DNA of 64,000 nucleotides. Source: Entomortierella parvispora E1425 (lineage: Eukaryota > Fungi > Mortierellomycota). Below are positions 22,829-37,867 of the stretch, in pieces (positions within the stretch are counted from its first letter, which is position 1; every line of letters begins with the position of its first letter). Made by a program: the position numbers and the translations under genes. The stretch is from contig BQFW01000008.1 in assembly GCA_020891255.1 (NCBI GenBank), forward strand, positions 1,922,001 to 1,986,000, in the 5' to 3' direction. The notes under the pieces were generated by a model. The model ran no database searches and was not told where the DNA came from. It saw only the letters and a list, made by a program, of their open reading frames with translations.

Positions 22829-24642
22829 ACAACAGCAAGAGCGACAGCAGCGACAGCAACAACAACAGCAAGAGCAACAACAGCAACAGCAAGAGCAGCA
22901 AAACATTGATAATAACCACCACCAGACATTAGACGGCGATGTGATACCAGCACAGACCACAGCCTATTCTCAAGGGCAGTCATTTGCGCAGCTACCGCCG
23001 CCATACGAACAGTACGCCCTGCAGCATCACCAGCAGCATCCTCAGCCTCAGCGCCAGTTTTCTCAGAATGACCTGCATCAGTTGCAACAGCAACATCAAC
23101 AACAAGTTCAGCAGAATGCTGGTGAGCACCAAGCACAACAGCAACTTCATCACCACACTGGACCTGGTGCCCTGCAAACAGTTTCTTCACCTCTAGTGTC
23201 ACTTCCTTTAACAACGGCGCATGCAGGAGGCATTCCTTCGGAGCTGGTTCCTATCTTCCCGTCTTCCAGAGCTCAGTCCAATTTCCACAATCAGCAACAA
23301 CCGCACTCTCAGTTAAGACCGCACGGATCCCAAAGAACCCAAGGGGCTCAAGCATCAGACAGTCTCTTGTCCTCCTCTCTCCCTAATTCGTCGTTTATTG
23401 CGCCTCTAATGACCTTTTCAGCATTTGCTTCGGCCACTGCCACTGGCGCCGCGGCTTCTTCAACTATCTTCACTGGCAAGTCCAGCAAGAAGACTACCGC
23501 AAGCCCGGGGGTCTCTTCCTCCTCCACACAGATGCCCCCTCCAGAGCCTGTTCTTCCACCTCCCAAGCCTCCCAAGACTGCCAAGCGACTCACGCGACAG
23601 AACACGGGAAGTACCAACTCTTCCAACAAGAGTCAGTCGCAAAAACCGCCCGTGCCCAAGAAGCCTAGTCGGCTCTTGCACACGGATGCATCTGCAAACA
23701 TTGCATCTATGTCAGCCTTGGCAAATCAAGCGTTTTACAGAGATCAGCAAGGCAACATTGTAGGAGGCAATGGTCATGGTGGTAGCAGTAGTGGTAGTGG
23801 GAGTAACGTTGACGAGACTCTGACGCGGCTGCCATCCTCACCTTCGGGCTACGGAGGCAAGACGTTAGATACGGATGATGCTGTTATGAAGGCGATCTCA
23901 CCATTTGCGTCCCAGTCCGGCTCGGATGATGATGATGAGGAAGAGTTTGAGGAAGATGGCGGCCATTCTCTTAACAGCACCCACCTCAATCACGACCACA
24001 ACAGCCGCGGCAATAGTCACCATAACATGGACAACAACGGCGAAGGCAGTGCCGTCGGTGGCGGATCGTCTCTCCCAGCGGGTCGACGACCTATTCGAGT
24101 CCTCCAGGCGCAGACACAGCTTTATGGTCAACAGGACGACCCGATGGTCTCCTCTTCGAGTTCACATTATGGTCATCCTCAGGACGAATATATCCACGAG
24201 GACCAGACATTTTATGGATCCAAAAACTGGACTGCGGAGGAAGAGCCTGATGAGGACGATGTCTTCAGGGAGCTGTATCCAACCTCAGTACACTCTGCAG
24301 CAGTCAGTGAAGAAAAGCCCTCGGCCTTAACAAAAGCGAAGGCCCTCCTCTTCAAGAAAAAGAACAAGCCCGCAGCTGTCACTGCTGCGGCGGAAGACCA
24401 AACCGGTAGCCAGGACCATGACGACTGGGGCTACGCACACGCCTTCGAATACTCGACCGAGTTGACCGACTGTAAGTTTTTACTAAGAGTTACATCTACA
24501 ATATTGAAAGCAATAGTCATTGTCGAGTGTATAGGAATTGACATCTAATCGCCCTTCGTTTCTTTTGACTGCTCTCCTTTTAGTGAACCCGAATGTGCGC
24601 CCGGATGTTCCTTTCATGGCCCAGTCTGCGCACCCAATGTAG
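19273..24642 (+). CDS. Zn(II)2Cys6 transcription factor with fungal-specific TF domain and very long polyQ (main exon 19628..24471; first exon 19273..19322 and last exon 24584..24642 tentative)
   Basis: CVSCRHKKIKCDGQAPCAHCEKGGLSC is a canonical C6 cluster. YFKSAHAFLPILHK and RMAQDMGL match the fungal_trans domain. Terminal exons are inferred from in-phase splice sites. Confidence 0.9.
22533..22838 (+). repeat. CAA/CAG coding repeat encoding 102 consecutive Gln
   Basis: 306 nt counted from the sequence; includes (CAGCAACAA)11 at 22623..22721 and (CAGCAA)13 at 22740..22817. Confidence 0.95.
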
Positions 24643-24961
24643 CGCATTGTAAAGAACCACCATCCCTCTTTCCCTTCTTGCCTAATAGCGACAAAAACCC
24701 TTCCTAGATTCAGCAAAACTCTTCTACCGTGTAAATATACTACGCCTTTCCGTTGAACCCAACCATGCCCGCTTATAGATGTCTATCGATGTGTCTTTTA
24801 GACTTCAACTCTCAACTATTAGAAGATGACAATGTCGTGTTTGTTTGTTTGCTTTAATCTATTGAACACTGCGGTGTTTTTGAGACAGTTGCTGTTACAG
24901 TCGGCTCTTTTCTTCTTGCAGTTGGGTGAGATAGAAAGAGGATATCATTCTGAATGTCGGC

Positions 24962-26215
24962 TTAATGATGCTTGGGCTTGGCTCCATCCACATACATATT
25001 CCTGGTGGCGGACGGGATCTTGGCTGTCAGTCCTGAAAGCTCTTTCGTCATCAGTACTTGGCATCCCAAGCGAGATCTGTAGCGAGATGAGAGAGTACAT
25101 GAGTTGAATAGTTCTGGATACAACCTATCCACTCTGATGTTCCACTGCAAAAGGAAAACTTACGTATCTGACAATCCAAAGGCGAGATCCAGCATATCAT
25201 TTTCTTCATCCGAGGGCTCCTCCAGCTTGTTGAATGAAGCCTCATCCAAGATCAAATGACATGTCGAACAAGCAAGGGAGGCTTCGCATGCACCTTCAAC
25301 ATCCAAATCATTTGCACGAGCCACATCCAAAAGACTTTCGCCTTCGTTCGCCTCGACTGTCACAGTCTCGCCTTCGCGAGTGATGAAATTGACCTTGCAT
25401 CCTGTTCCTGGGGCCGGGCGAGGAAGAGCACCATGGTTCAACACTAAGGGATCGGTTTAAAGAGTGAGTTGAAAAGGGCGTCTTGCTTGAGTTGTGGCTC
25501 TCAATTTACAGACAGAAAAAAAAAAGTTCCCTCCCGATACACTCCATCTCTCCCCCTCGTCTGCGCAGAGATCTGCGCGATCCATATTTTTTATCCCTCA
25601 ATATGCTGGTAGAAGTCCACTGTATTATCGTCATTGCACGTCAGAAAGATAAGTTTGGCTCGGTCGTCCATGTCTTTTTCCTTGGACCAATTCTTCTCTC
25701 TCCTGTTTCCTCTCCTGTGAAGAAACAAGCAGCCCAGTGGCTCTTTGCCCCAGAGTTTGAAGGTGGGCTGTCTTTGATCCAGTTGGTTGTTCTCTCTGAA
25801 CAAAATGCCCTCTTCTAGTGAACTGGCTCCCTCTGAGATATCAACGGCTCGGGTCAAGGCTCCGATATCTTGAACGGAGTTGATCCGCTCCCAAGTGTCA
25901 CTTCCTGTGTAAGATCCTGTCTGTCTTCCAGCTGGTCTTGAAAGTCAAAAAGAAACTGGAAACGGATGCGGTGTTTTTACCTGAGCCTGTTGAGAATGGT
26001 GCAACGTGGGTCATTCTGCTGCTGCTGTTGCTGTTGTTCTGGATGCTAATCAATGTCTTGCCGTTGTTCCATGATTGAGCGCCAGCGCTGGTCCATGTCC
26101 TTGCAGGTCGCGCTGATGTGGAGAGGTTGTGCAGCTGGGTATGAAAGAGACATGTCCTTGACGAGGAAGCACGCGAACTGGCCATAGCGGCACGGAAGAG
26201 GATGCGAGAGGACAT
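24962..26215 (-). CDS. YAH1: Mitochondrial adrenodoxin-type [2Fe-2S] ferredoxin (exons 26215..25981, 25443..25164, 25076..24962)
   Basis: Arg/Ser-rich presequence, EGACEASLACSTCHLI, EENDMLDLA, TSRLGCQ and C-terminal KPKHH. Introns are in phase. Confidence 0.95.
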
Positions 26216-26515
26216 TACTAATATATATTGTCTAATGTACAAAAGCCTGGTGGAGTGGAGAGGAATAAAGGGTGGTCAAGGCCGGAAAGAAAGAAGGAAG
26301 GAAGGCGGAAGGAAGGGAACAAAACGACCGGCTGCTCAATTCCCCCGCCCTCTGCACCGCATCCGCCCAACGGTCCATCTCCCACTGATCAGCGCGAAGG
26401 CCAAAAAAGGATAAAAAAAAAATCCTGCCCGTCCCACGTCACAGAACCGGCCAAAGTTGCCCGCGTTAATGACACGCTCGGTTGTACCAACGTTTCCTTG
26501 AAGCGAGGCGAGCCC

Positions 26516-27986
26516 TTAAAAGATGCTGCCGAGGGCATCAAACCACCCAAGGATCCCAGCATCCGTTAGAACGTAGGCTCTGAACTCTTCTAGCGTGATA
26601 AAACCAGGCTTGGACGGATTCTTGATGGCCCCGAACGTCTTTTCCACCATCTCCTGGATCGCATCCTGAGAGATCGACTCCATTACAGGAAAAGTACTCG
26701 AGAAGTACGAAGCGTTTGCGTATGAGCCTGCAGTAACGGGTGGTGCTGATGAAGATGAGGCACTGTAGGCCGCAAATGGCACATTATCTTCAATAGATGT
26801 TAGAGCCCTTCGTCCGGCTGCTCCTGCATGATGAGACCGCTGTTGAGGTGAACGAGATCGATCTGCACCAAAGCCAATAGATAAAGCCGGAGCCAATGAG
26901 GGCCCACCGCCCCCGACTACACCAATATCGGCTGTACCTGCGCCTGAGTTTGTGTTCATGGTATGGAATCTGTCCGAGGATGTAGATGCTGAAGTGAGAG
27001 TTCTCCGATGTGGCCGTTCCCATGCTGGGTCGTCCACAAAAGTGGGACCCATCAAATGGGGGGACACTGTTAACGCTGGAAGGGGTTGGTCCTTGCGAAT
27101 TCTACTGTTCGATCCACCGTTGCTCTCTTGCTGCTCAGTAGACTCTTGCGAATCTCTTGCACGAGATGAAGATACACTAACAGTTGGGATATCCTCAAGA
27201 ATGGTTGCAGCATTTGGCAGGGCAGAGTTTTCTTCCACGACTGCGACTTCAGGAGGGGACGGTGTCGAGTCCACCGCGTCGGCAGGGTTCCAGCTGTTAC
27301 TTTCGACACCAGAGTCCTCTGCTTCGCTGCTATCGCTCACTGATCCGAGGTTGACTGGTAATAAGGACTCTGTGTCAGCCAAAGCTGTGTCGGGGCTGGA
27401 GCTGGTTATGGACTCAATGTTGGTGCCAATTGATGCCGCTTGGTCTGTTTCGTCATCCTCGTCCTCATCATCTGCAAAAGCATCTGAACCAACCAATCCA
27501 TACGCCCCCGATGGAAGAGACTCGGTCTCCAATGTGCCACTGTGTGCCTCCTGGTCCAAGCCTTCTGGAGGTTGAGAAACAGCCTCTGATAAGACGACAT
27601 CAGAGTGTGGAGTCAGTGCAGCGAGAACAGGGGCTAGATGTTGATCCTGTCGGTCGGTTGAGTGGACAGGCGCGGACGAGCTGACGTCAAGTGCATCCAC
27701 ATTGCTATTAGTATTAGTGTTGTCGTTATTGGCGTGATTTCTGTTGGCGTTGTTATTGCTCCGCACGCCTATTTCTCGAGGGATAGGAGCTGTGAAAGTC
27801 GAAGATATGGGTTGTCCAGGCTGATATTCAAAATTGGTCATAAGATCATTCTCCATGGTCTTGACAACGTCTCTAATCAACTCCATAGACAGGTAGAAGT
27901 AGGCCTTGAACATCTCGTGGAGTTCCTCTCTTGATATGTATCCATCCCCATCCAAGTCGTAGCCTTGGAACGCAACTACACCATCC

Positions 27987-28023
<37 letters not shown>

Positions 28024-29431
28024 ACACACACGCACGAGTTAGAGACCACGAATCACTCTTCCTAATGATTTCTGATAATCTTTGATGTAGTCAGCAGCCT
28101 TACAGTCGATCTTCTCGTCAAAGTTGCCTTTGCAGAGCACACTGAGGCCACATGCCATCTCTCGAAAATTGATGATACCATCATTGTCCTGGTCAAAGAA
28201 ACGGAAAATACGTTCCGTTATGAGGTTCTTTTCCAGCCCCAGTGGTCCAAGGGCTTGCTCAAAAATTAAACGAGTAATGCCACCCCCATCCTGATCCAGT
28301 GTGGATAATGAGAGATACTGGTTGTACATTGCATCGAGCTCCACATTGTCAACTAAATTCAGATGCAGCGAGATGTTAGTGTAAGCAAATGAAGTGAGGT
28401 ACAGTGATCCAGATAACATGTGTCAGTCATTCAACTTACAATGGGTATCATTCAAAAGATCTTGTAAGAGATTTTGTGGGGTTGTCGCGACAGCCTGCGG
28501 CGTGCCTGGATAGAAAGGTGCCAATTTCCTTGTCCGACTGTTTGCAAGTGGAGGAATTGGTATCCTGATCTTCATGAATACGTGTGACTTTGTATGAACC
28601 TCCGCAGCCTCGCAGCCTTCGCATAGATCGTAATCCTGACAATTGGCGCACTTGTATCGTAAGCCTCGGATTGGAACCGTCCGACAACTGTTGCAAGTAA
28701 TTCCACCTGTATGACAAAGTAATCGATGTTAGAAGTGATGACACTGGCACTGCAATGCTTAACAACATCCAAATCATGGTCTACTTACGATGAATATGCC
28801 CTTCTGTGGGACAAGTAACAATAAAAAGGCATTAGGGTCAGTTTGCAAACCATTTTCCTTGATAGAATCAGTTGAGCAGAGCAAAGTACGCACCTTTCCC
28901 GGCCTGATCTTCTGCGATGGCATATAAGAGATTCATAAGCTGCAATCCTTCGTGCTTGTTGTCTCCGAGATCCTCTATTTGCAGTTTTTCGTAGCCATCC
29001 TCGTCGACAATAGCCGCATATTCATGGTCGGTTGTTTCGCCTTCTTCGTCAGAGTCATTCCTGAAACTGCGCTCATGCGGATCGTCCTCGTCGTCTGAGC
29101 TTGATGCACCGCTGGTGTAGTGCCGGTTATCGTCGCGTCTAGCCGCGGTGGGCTGTTGAGACTGCTGTGGCCGACGACGGCTGGATCGACGGGTGGCGTT
29201 ACTCCGTCGGAGAGAGGTTGCTTGGCCTGACCCTGACCCTGACCCCGAGGCGTCGGCATTGGCTAATGCCTGTCGGCGAGCCTGCCGACGCAGTCTTCGA
29301 CTCTCAGCCGAGTTGTCATTGCGCCTCTGTCCTGGTGGCCAGACCCAGTAGGAGACATAGAGCAAAGCTCCGCCCGTGACCAGTCCGAGGAGAAGGAAGG
29401 GCAGCGGGCTGGGTGTGGTTTGCGTGGTCAT
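26516..29431 (-). CDS. N-terminal TM, ZZ-type zinc finger and EF-hand (NCS-like) protein (exons 29431..28894, 28803..28789, 28706..28440, 28352..28104, 27975..26516)
   Basis: [34 protein letters not shown]...H (ZZ); DQDNDGIINFRE and DLDGDGYISREE (EF loops); hydrophobic LPFLLLGLVTGGALLYVSYWVW. Confidence 0.92.
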
Positions 29432-29780
29432 GCGGACAGAGGTATGGGAGGATGGAAGGATGGATGCAGCAGGAAGAAAGAACGAGTAACAAGCAGTCGA
29501 GGTTCCTGGATGGGTCTAGGGCGAGGATCCCTGTGGGAAGAGTCGTCTAGTGTGTAGTCAGTCGATCGATGGAATGGGCGCAGGGAAGGGATGGAGCTAA
29601 GGGATGACACAGAGAGGGAAGGGCAAAGCGAAAAGGAAACACGAAAGGGGGAAACGGTGGCGTTCGCATGGGTGGAAGGGAAGAGGGAGGGAGGTGATGA
29701 GCAGTCACCGTGCTTTCTTTCAACAAGACGACCTGCAGACTGCAGTCAACACATCCCTCCCACCTTCTCTCATTGCGACC

Positions 29781-33071
<3,291 letters not shown>

Positions 33072-33144
33072 GAAGGTCATTAGAAACCCCATCCATATAC
33101 CCAACTCTGCAATTTATTTTCGAGCCTATAAATATGTCCCCTTT

Positions 33145-34902
33145 TCAACGGTCCATTGGTGTCATTCGTAATAGAGGAAATCCATGAAAGAAAACAGGGC
33201 TGTCAGCTTGATGACGTTTGGCCTTTTGCTCCAGCTCTCGATCGACAAAATCCCTTAGATCAAACTCGCTCGAATTTGGACTCTGCGCCAACATCAAGAA
33301 GCGCTCATCCTGCTCATATTCATCGTCTTCATCGTCTTCATCGTCTTCATCCTCATCCTCGCCCTCATCATCCCCATCCCTCTCACACTCAGTAGAGGAA
33401 TAACAACAGGAGCTCGAAGAGTCCTGCCCCAATCCACCCAGAGATACGATGCATTCGGGGCCACATTTTCTACTGGGTCGTCGGTAAAGTTGATGACCAT
33501 TGGAGTGTTGAGCAAGAAAGCCCTGTAGAACAAAAGTCTGAGGTGAATGCAAAGTCGATGTAGAGCTCCTCCTTGAAGCTGCAGGCGAGGTCCTAGTCGA
33601 GGAAGTTGCAGAGGCGTAGCTGTATACAAAGGCAGGCGTCGAGGTTCGAGATGATACTGCCGAAATCCTGGCTCCTGATCCGGGTGCGGAAGAGGATGTG
33701 ATGGCTGTCATTGATGTCATTGTCAATGGCTGTCTACGGATGAATGTCGTCGGAGAGGACTTGGAGGAAGTGATCGATCTAGTCGGGGGAAAAGTCGCCG
33801 GCGTAAAGGAAACACTGCCCTCATTGTCAAACCTTCCCCTCCGCTGCTGGACAGAGGGACGTCGATTTGGTGAGATGGTGTTGACAGGGTTGACACATAG
33901 AATGCTGCTGCTGCTGTGTCGTCTGTTCTTCACAAACTCCTGGGATTGATTGCGATCAAGATGGTCTCTAGAACCAAAGGAATAACTGCTGCGACGCAAT
34001 GTAGGAGGAAGAACTTGGTGATGTAGGCGTAGGAACGATCTGCTTTTTCTGTCAGAGGGGTTGTCGTCCATGGAGCTGTTGTCGCTGTCGTCGTCTCCGC
34101 TGCTGTGCCTGCAAACATTGCCTTCGTCGGTATGCGCGATCGAAGAAAGATTCCACGGGTGGATACGAACATGGTCAATACTAGATACCAAAGGGTATCT
34201 CTTTGATGTGCAGTTGCGGTTATATTGGACTTCAATATATTCTTGGGAGTGCCTCCTCGATGGCGTAGTCGATGATGTCGTCGTTACGTTGTCCAACGGT
34301 CCTATGCTGGTTTCATTTGTTGCTCTGGTCGTTCGATCGATAGGGGTAAACGACTGCCGGCGAGAGGTTGGATGGCGGTCCATACCGCCGTCCGATTGCA
34401 ACTCTTTGTCGTCCTCGTCGGTATCAACTTGATGGTGAGGGCGATACACGGGTTTCTCTACTTTGCCGGGATCATCCAAGTTTAATCGAGGCGCTGTTGG
34501 AATAATGCATGAGGTTTTGAAAGGTCCGTGTGTTTGGAGTAGTCTTTGCACTCCACTTATCGAGCCGGAAGATGACTTTCTACTCTTTGTTGGCTTTGAA
34601 CTGTAGTCGTCATCATCTGCATCTGTGCTGGCGGCGGTAGTGGCGGGGAAGGTGTCCAAGTCCGAGTCCGAATCCGAGTCCGAGCCCGAATCGGTTGTGC
34701 CCTGCCCTTTCCTTCCTTCGATCGACGAGGAAGTAAGCGAGAGCTGTGCGAGCTTCATTTCCAGAGCGGGAGGCCATATTCTATCGACCGATCGACGATG
34801 GTGCCTCCACCCTGGCGCGGCAGTCCTGTCGTTCTGGTGTGTATCCGCTGCATGATCTGGCCAAGTTTGATGATGGTGCGGAGACGGCATGATAAGATGC
34901 AA
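33145..34902 (-). CDS. Hypothetical intronless Ser/Arg/Asp-rich, probably disordered protein (585 aa)
   Basis: Long ORF preceded by a CT-rich leader; no domain recognised. Confidence 0.75.
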   Translation of the reverse strand: MHLIMPSPHHHQTWPDHAADTHQNDRTAAPGWRHHRRSVDRIWPPALEMKLAQLSLTSSSIEGRKGQGTTDSGSDSDSDSDLDTFPATTAASTDADDDDYSSKPTKSRKSSSGSISGVQRLLQTHGPFKTSCIIPTAPRLNLDDPGKVEKPVYRPHHQVDTDEDDKELQSDGGMDRHPTSRRQSFTPIDRTTRATNETSIGPLDNVTTTSSTTPSRRHSQEYIEVQYNRNCTSKRYPLVSSIDHVRIHPWNLSSIAHTDEGNVCRHSSGDDDSDNSSMDDNPSDRKSRSFLRLHHQVLPPTLRRSSYSFGSRDHLDRNQSQEFVKNRRHSSSSILCVNPVNTISPNRRPSVQQRRGRFDNEGSVSFTPATFPPTRSITSSKSSPTTFIRRQPLTMTSMTAITSSSAPGSGARISAVSSRTSTPAFVYSYASATSSTRTSPAASRRSSTSTLHSPQTFVLQGFLAQHSNGHQLYRRPSRKCGPECIVSLGGLGQDSSSSCCYSSTECERDGDDEGEDEDEDDEDDEDDEYEQDERFLMLAQSPNSSEFDLRDFVDRELEQKAKRHQADSPVFFHGFPLLRMTPMDR

Positions 34903-35376
34903 GGCAAGAGAGTGGCGGAGCGGAGAATGAGCGGTGGAGGGGAAAGAGCAAAAGAAGGGAAGGGAAGATGGAGAAAATGGAGGGAGAGAGAAAATCTATG
35001 TTCTCGTCATTGCGCTCACTGAAGAAAAGAGAGCGGAGTGAGAATGACAGAGTGTAGTGGGGTATGTATGCACAGAGTGGAGAGAAGGTGAAGATTGGAG
35101 AGTGGAGAAGAGATGCAAAAAAAAGTCGCCAAGCTGGTCTTGTCTTGGATGAAAATGAAGGCGGGCCTTCTCCACACACACCAACCAAAAAAAATCCGTT
35201 GTCTCACAGAGTTCGCAATCAGTGATTGTTTATTATTGTTGTTATTGGTGATATGGTACAATGTCATTGCGATAAGCGCAGAAGAGGAAGAGGGAGTGGA
35301 AGATACAAAAAAATGTGTGTGTGTGTGTGTATGTGTGTATGTGTGTGATAGATGGATAATATGGTGTCGAGCTCGA

Positions 35377-36258
35377 TTAGCGACGGTTGAAGATGCCCCC
35401 GAAACGGCTGGGCTTTTCAGTATACACGACATTGCCGTGGGCAGGGTCTGCAGCCACGGGGCGGAAGTTTCGGCGACCCCAAGCACGGAACTGGATGGCC
35501 ATGCCCAAAAGGGCAAGAACAATGAAGGCAGCCAAGAGTGCGTACTCCTTCCAGGTCATACCATCGACGCGATTGTCGATAGAGGTCTTGGAGTTGATAA
35601 ACGAATCAGCCTGGTTAACGAATCCTGTGTGGGCAAACATATCAATGCCGGCGACGACAGAGTAAGCGCCAACGAGAGCCGACCCGATAATGACCATCTC
35701 TCGTTCACGAACAAAGCCAAGGATGAAGCCCACAGCAGCCAAGACTCCGAGCAAGATGGCACGTCCAGTGGTGGAAGTGATCAGTCCTCCTGACTTCCAT
35801 CCCAAGATCCAAAGACCGAGCGAGTAGAGGGCCAAAGCGCCAAGAACTGCGACTCCCAGTCGAGAGCAGCAGATTAAGAGCAGACCTCCGAGGATGCCGA
35901 CGACGATCGAGATGACAAGCAACAGAGTCTGAGAAGTCACACCTCCGTTGGCCATGCCAATGTAGGCGACATTGCCAAAGAAGTAGAAGCCAATCAGGAA
36001 CATGGTGGCATGGAACAGACGGTAGCCAAAGAAACAGAGCAAGAGACCGGCGATGATCAAGATTGCGCCTGCGATTCCGCCTTGTACAGAGATCTGGTAA
36101 GGTCCTGCGGCTGCTGGGTCAGTGATTTTCTTGCTGACAATGTCGATGGGAGCGGCCATTGTGGTCATGAGGTTGATAAGCATGGAAAGGGCCATGAGGA
36201 GGTAGATAGGTGCGCACCGCATGCTGGAGCGGGTAGAGGCTACTACCGAGGAGACCAT
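35377..36258 (-). CDS. Multi-pass membrane protein, DUF4203 (TM7S3/TMEM198-like)
   Basis: Signal-like N-terminus, then GAILIIAGLLLCFFGYRLFHATMFLIGF and about six further hydrophobic helices, including SALVGAYSVVAGID. Confidence 0.85.
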   Translation of the reverse strand: MVSSVVASTRSSMRCAPIYLLMALSMLINLMTTMAAPIDIVSKKITDPAAAGPYQISVQGGIAGAILIIAGLLLCFFGYRLFHATMFLIGFYFFGNVAYIGMANGGVTSQTLLLVISIVVGILGGLLLICCSRLGVAVLGALALYSLGLWILGWKSGGLITSTTGRAILLGVLAAVGFILGFVREREMVIIGSALVGAYSVVAGIDMFAHTGFVNQADSFINSKTSIDNRVDGMTWKEYALLAAFIVLALLGMAIQFRAWGRRNFRPVAADPAHGNVVYTEKPSRFGGIFNRR

Positions 36259-37115
36259 GTGTGAGTAATGTCTTGCAGGAATGTGAACTGGGGATGCGGT
36301 GGGCTGTGAGTATGAATGAGAGAAGGACAAGAGGAAGTGGAGCACCCTTTTTATAGTGGTGCAGGCAACGGGATCAAGTCAAGGGATCAAGAGATCAGGC
36401 TCCATCTCGGCTCAAGCGTTGCATGATACAGTACAACGAAAAACTGTTTTTACAAAAAAATACAAAAATAAAGATGGTTACATCATCCCAACTTTAAATA
36501 AGCTACCCCAAGCAACTGGTGTGTTGCACACTGCCACTGTTGGAGTGTCTCTGAGTTACAAAGAGGCTGTTGGCACAATCGCGGGGGGGTCCCGCGCATT
36601 TTTGTCGTCTCTATTGGGCCCCTTCACCCCTCACCTCACCGCCCCCTTCAATGGGCTGTAGTCAAAGCATCGTTTGTTAGATCCGTTGCTGCTTTCTTGT
36701 TTGTTCCTGCATGACTAACCCCAGTCCAAGTCAAAGGCACTTGGATCTGGCGTCCTCATCGAGCCAGAGTGGTTTCTTAACGAAAAAAGTGACTGATGTC
36801 ATGAATGAACGCCATCGTTGCACAAACATCATTTCCTATTTTTTTTTTTTTTTTTTTGGAGTTGTTCTTCTGGAATGGGCGCAAGAGACAAGTCTGGACT
36901 GATTTGACCCGTGTCTGTTTGTTTGCTGTCTCAAGTAAGGAGGCAACTCTAAACGTTCCACAGTCAGACTAGGACCCCCATCCTTCCTTGCAAACATGAA
37001 AACCTCCCCACTTCCCATCGGTCCCGCATGTTAGCATTCAACAGGTAATGGGAAGTAAATAATGAAATGCTTTAAATCGCTTTGTTACTATGGTACATCA
37101 TCTAGGACTCCTCCT

Positions 37116-37867
37116 TTACTTTGCTTGCCGCTTGCAGTGGACAGAGTTGAGACCAGCCTTGTTGCGAGCAATTTCGATGGTCAAGAACTGCATGCGAGTA
37201 ACTAAAGGGAGAAAATCAAAGAAACCACGCGTTAATAAATTAAAAGATGAAAATCGGGAATATATTCCGAAAGTAACGTACCAAACATGGTGTTTGTCTC
37301 GGTGTATCCCTTGCTGGCGTCAATGCGGAGCAAGGATCCAAAGTTGTAGTCGGCGACCTTTCCGCCCTCGTAGCGGTTGATGAACGTGCGCCACTTCTCC
37401 TTCATCTCGGGGGACTTGAAATCCTTGTCCTCATCCAAGATGTCAATGCGGGGGAGGTCGGGACCAAAGGTAGACATGAAATCGACATAAATCTCATCGT
37501 CGATCCTATTATTTGTACGTTGACATTGGTGAGTTACAATTCGCTGTGATGAAAAACACAACTTAAATCCCCTATCAATAAAGCGACCGTAGGGAAGAGC
37601 TCATACTTTGTGAGCTTGAGCTTGGATCCGTCCATGGCCTCGAGGAGCGAGAAGTAAGTCTCGGCGTGGTGCATGGCCTTGACAGCCCACTGCTTCTCTA
37701 TTGGCGATAAGCGAGAATCCGTGTTTTTAGTTTTGATTCCAAGTATCGCGTGACGCCCAATTCAACCTGGCTCTAGTGATTCGCTCTATTTCATCCATTC
37801 AAGTGAGAATGGTTCTCGTACCGATCTCCTGAAGCTGCTCAAGTTCGTCGGCGGATGGAAGAGACAT
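37116..37867 (-). CDS. PBDC1: PBDC1/Ypl225w family protein (4 exons)
   Basis: Spliced product IEKQWAVKAMHHAETYFSLL, KLTKIDDEIY, KEKWRTF, DYNFGSLLRIDA and VTRMQFLTIEIARNKAGLN. Confidence 0.92.

Noticed and set aside
22413-23214. Poly-Leu, poly-Val/Ala and poly-Cys ORFs on the minus strand
   Set aside because: Simple reverse-frame readings of the CAG/CAA repeat.
25800-25920. TPP riboswitch in the ferredoxin intron
   Set aside because: The conserved CUGAGA-plus-AUACC/GAACCUGAU elements are not present in the right order on the sense strand.
27988-28022. A35 run, and T27 at 56041 and T28 at 58238, as retroposed poly(A) tails
   Set aside because: No target-site duplications or element body seen; they fit intronic polypyrimidine tracts or promoter poly(dA:dT).
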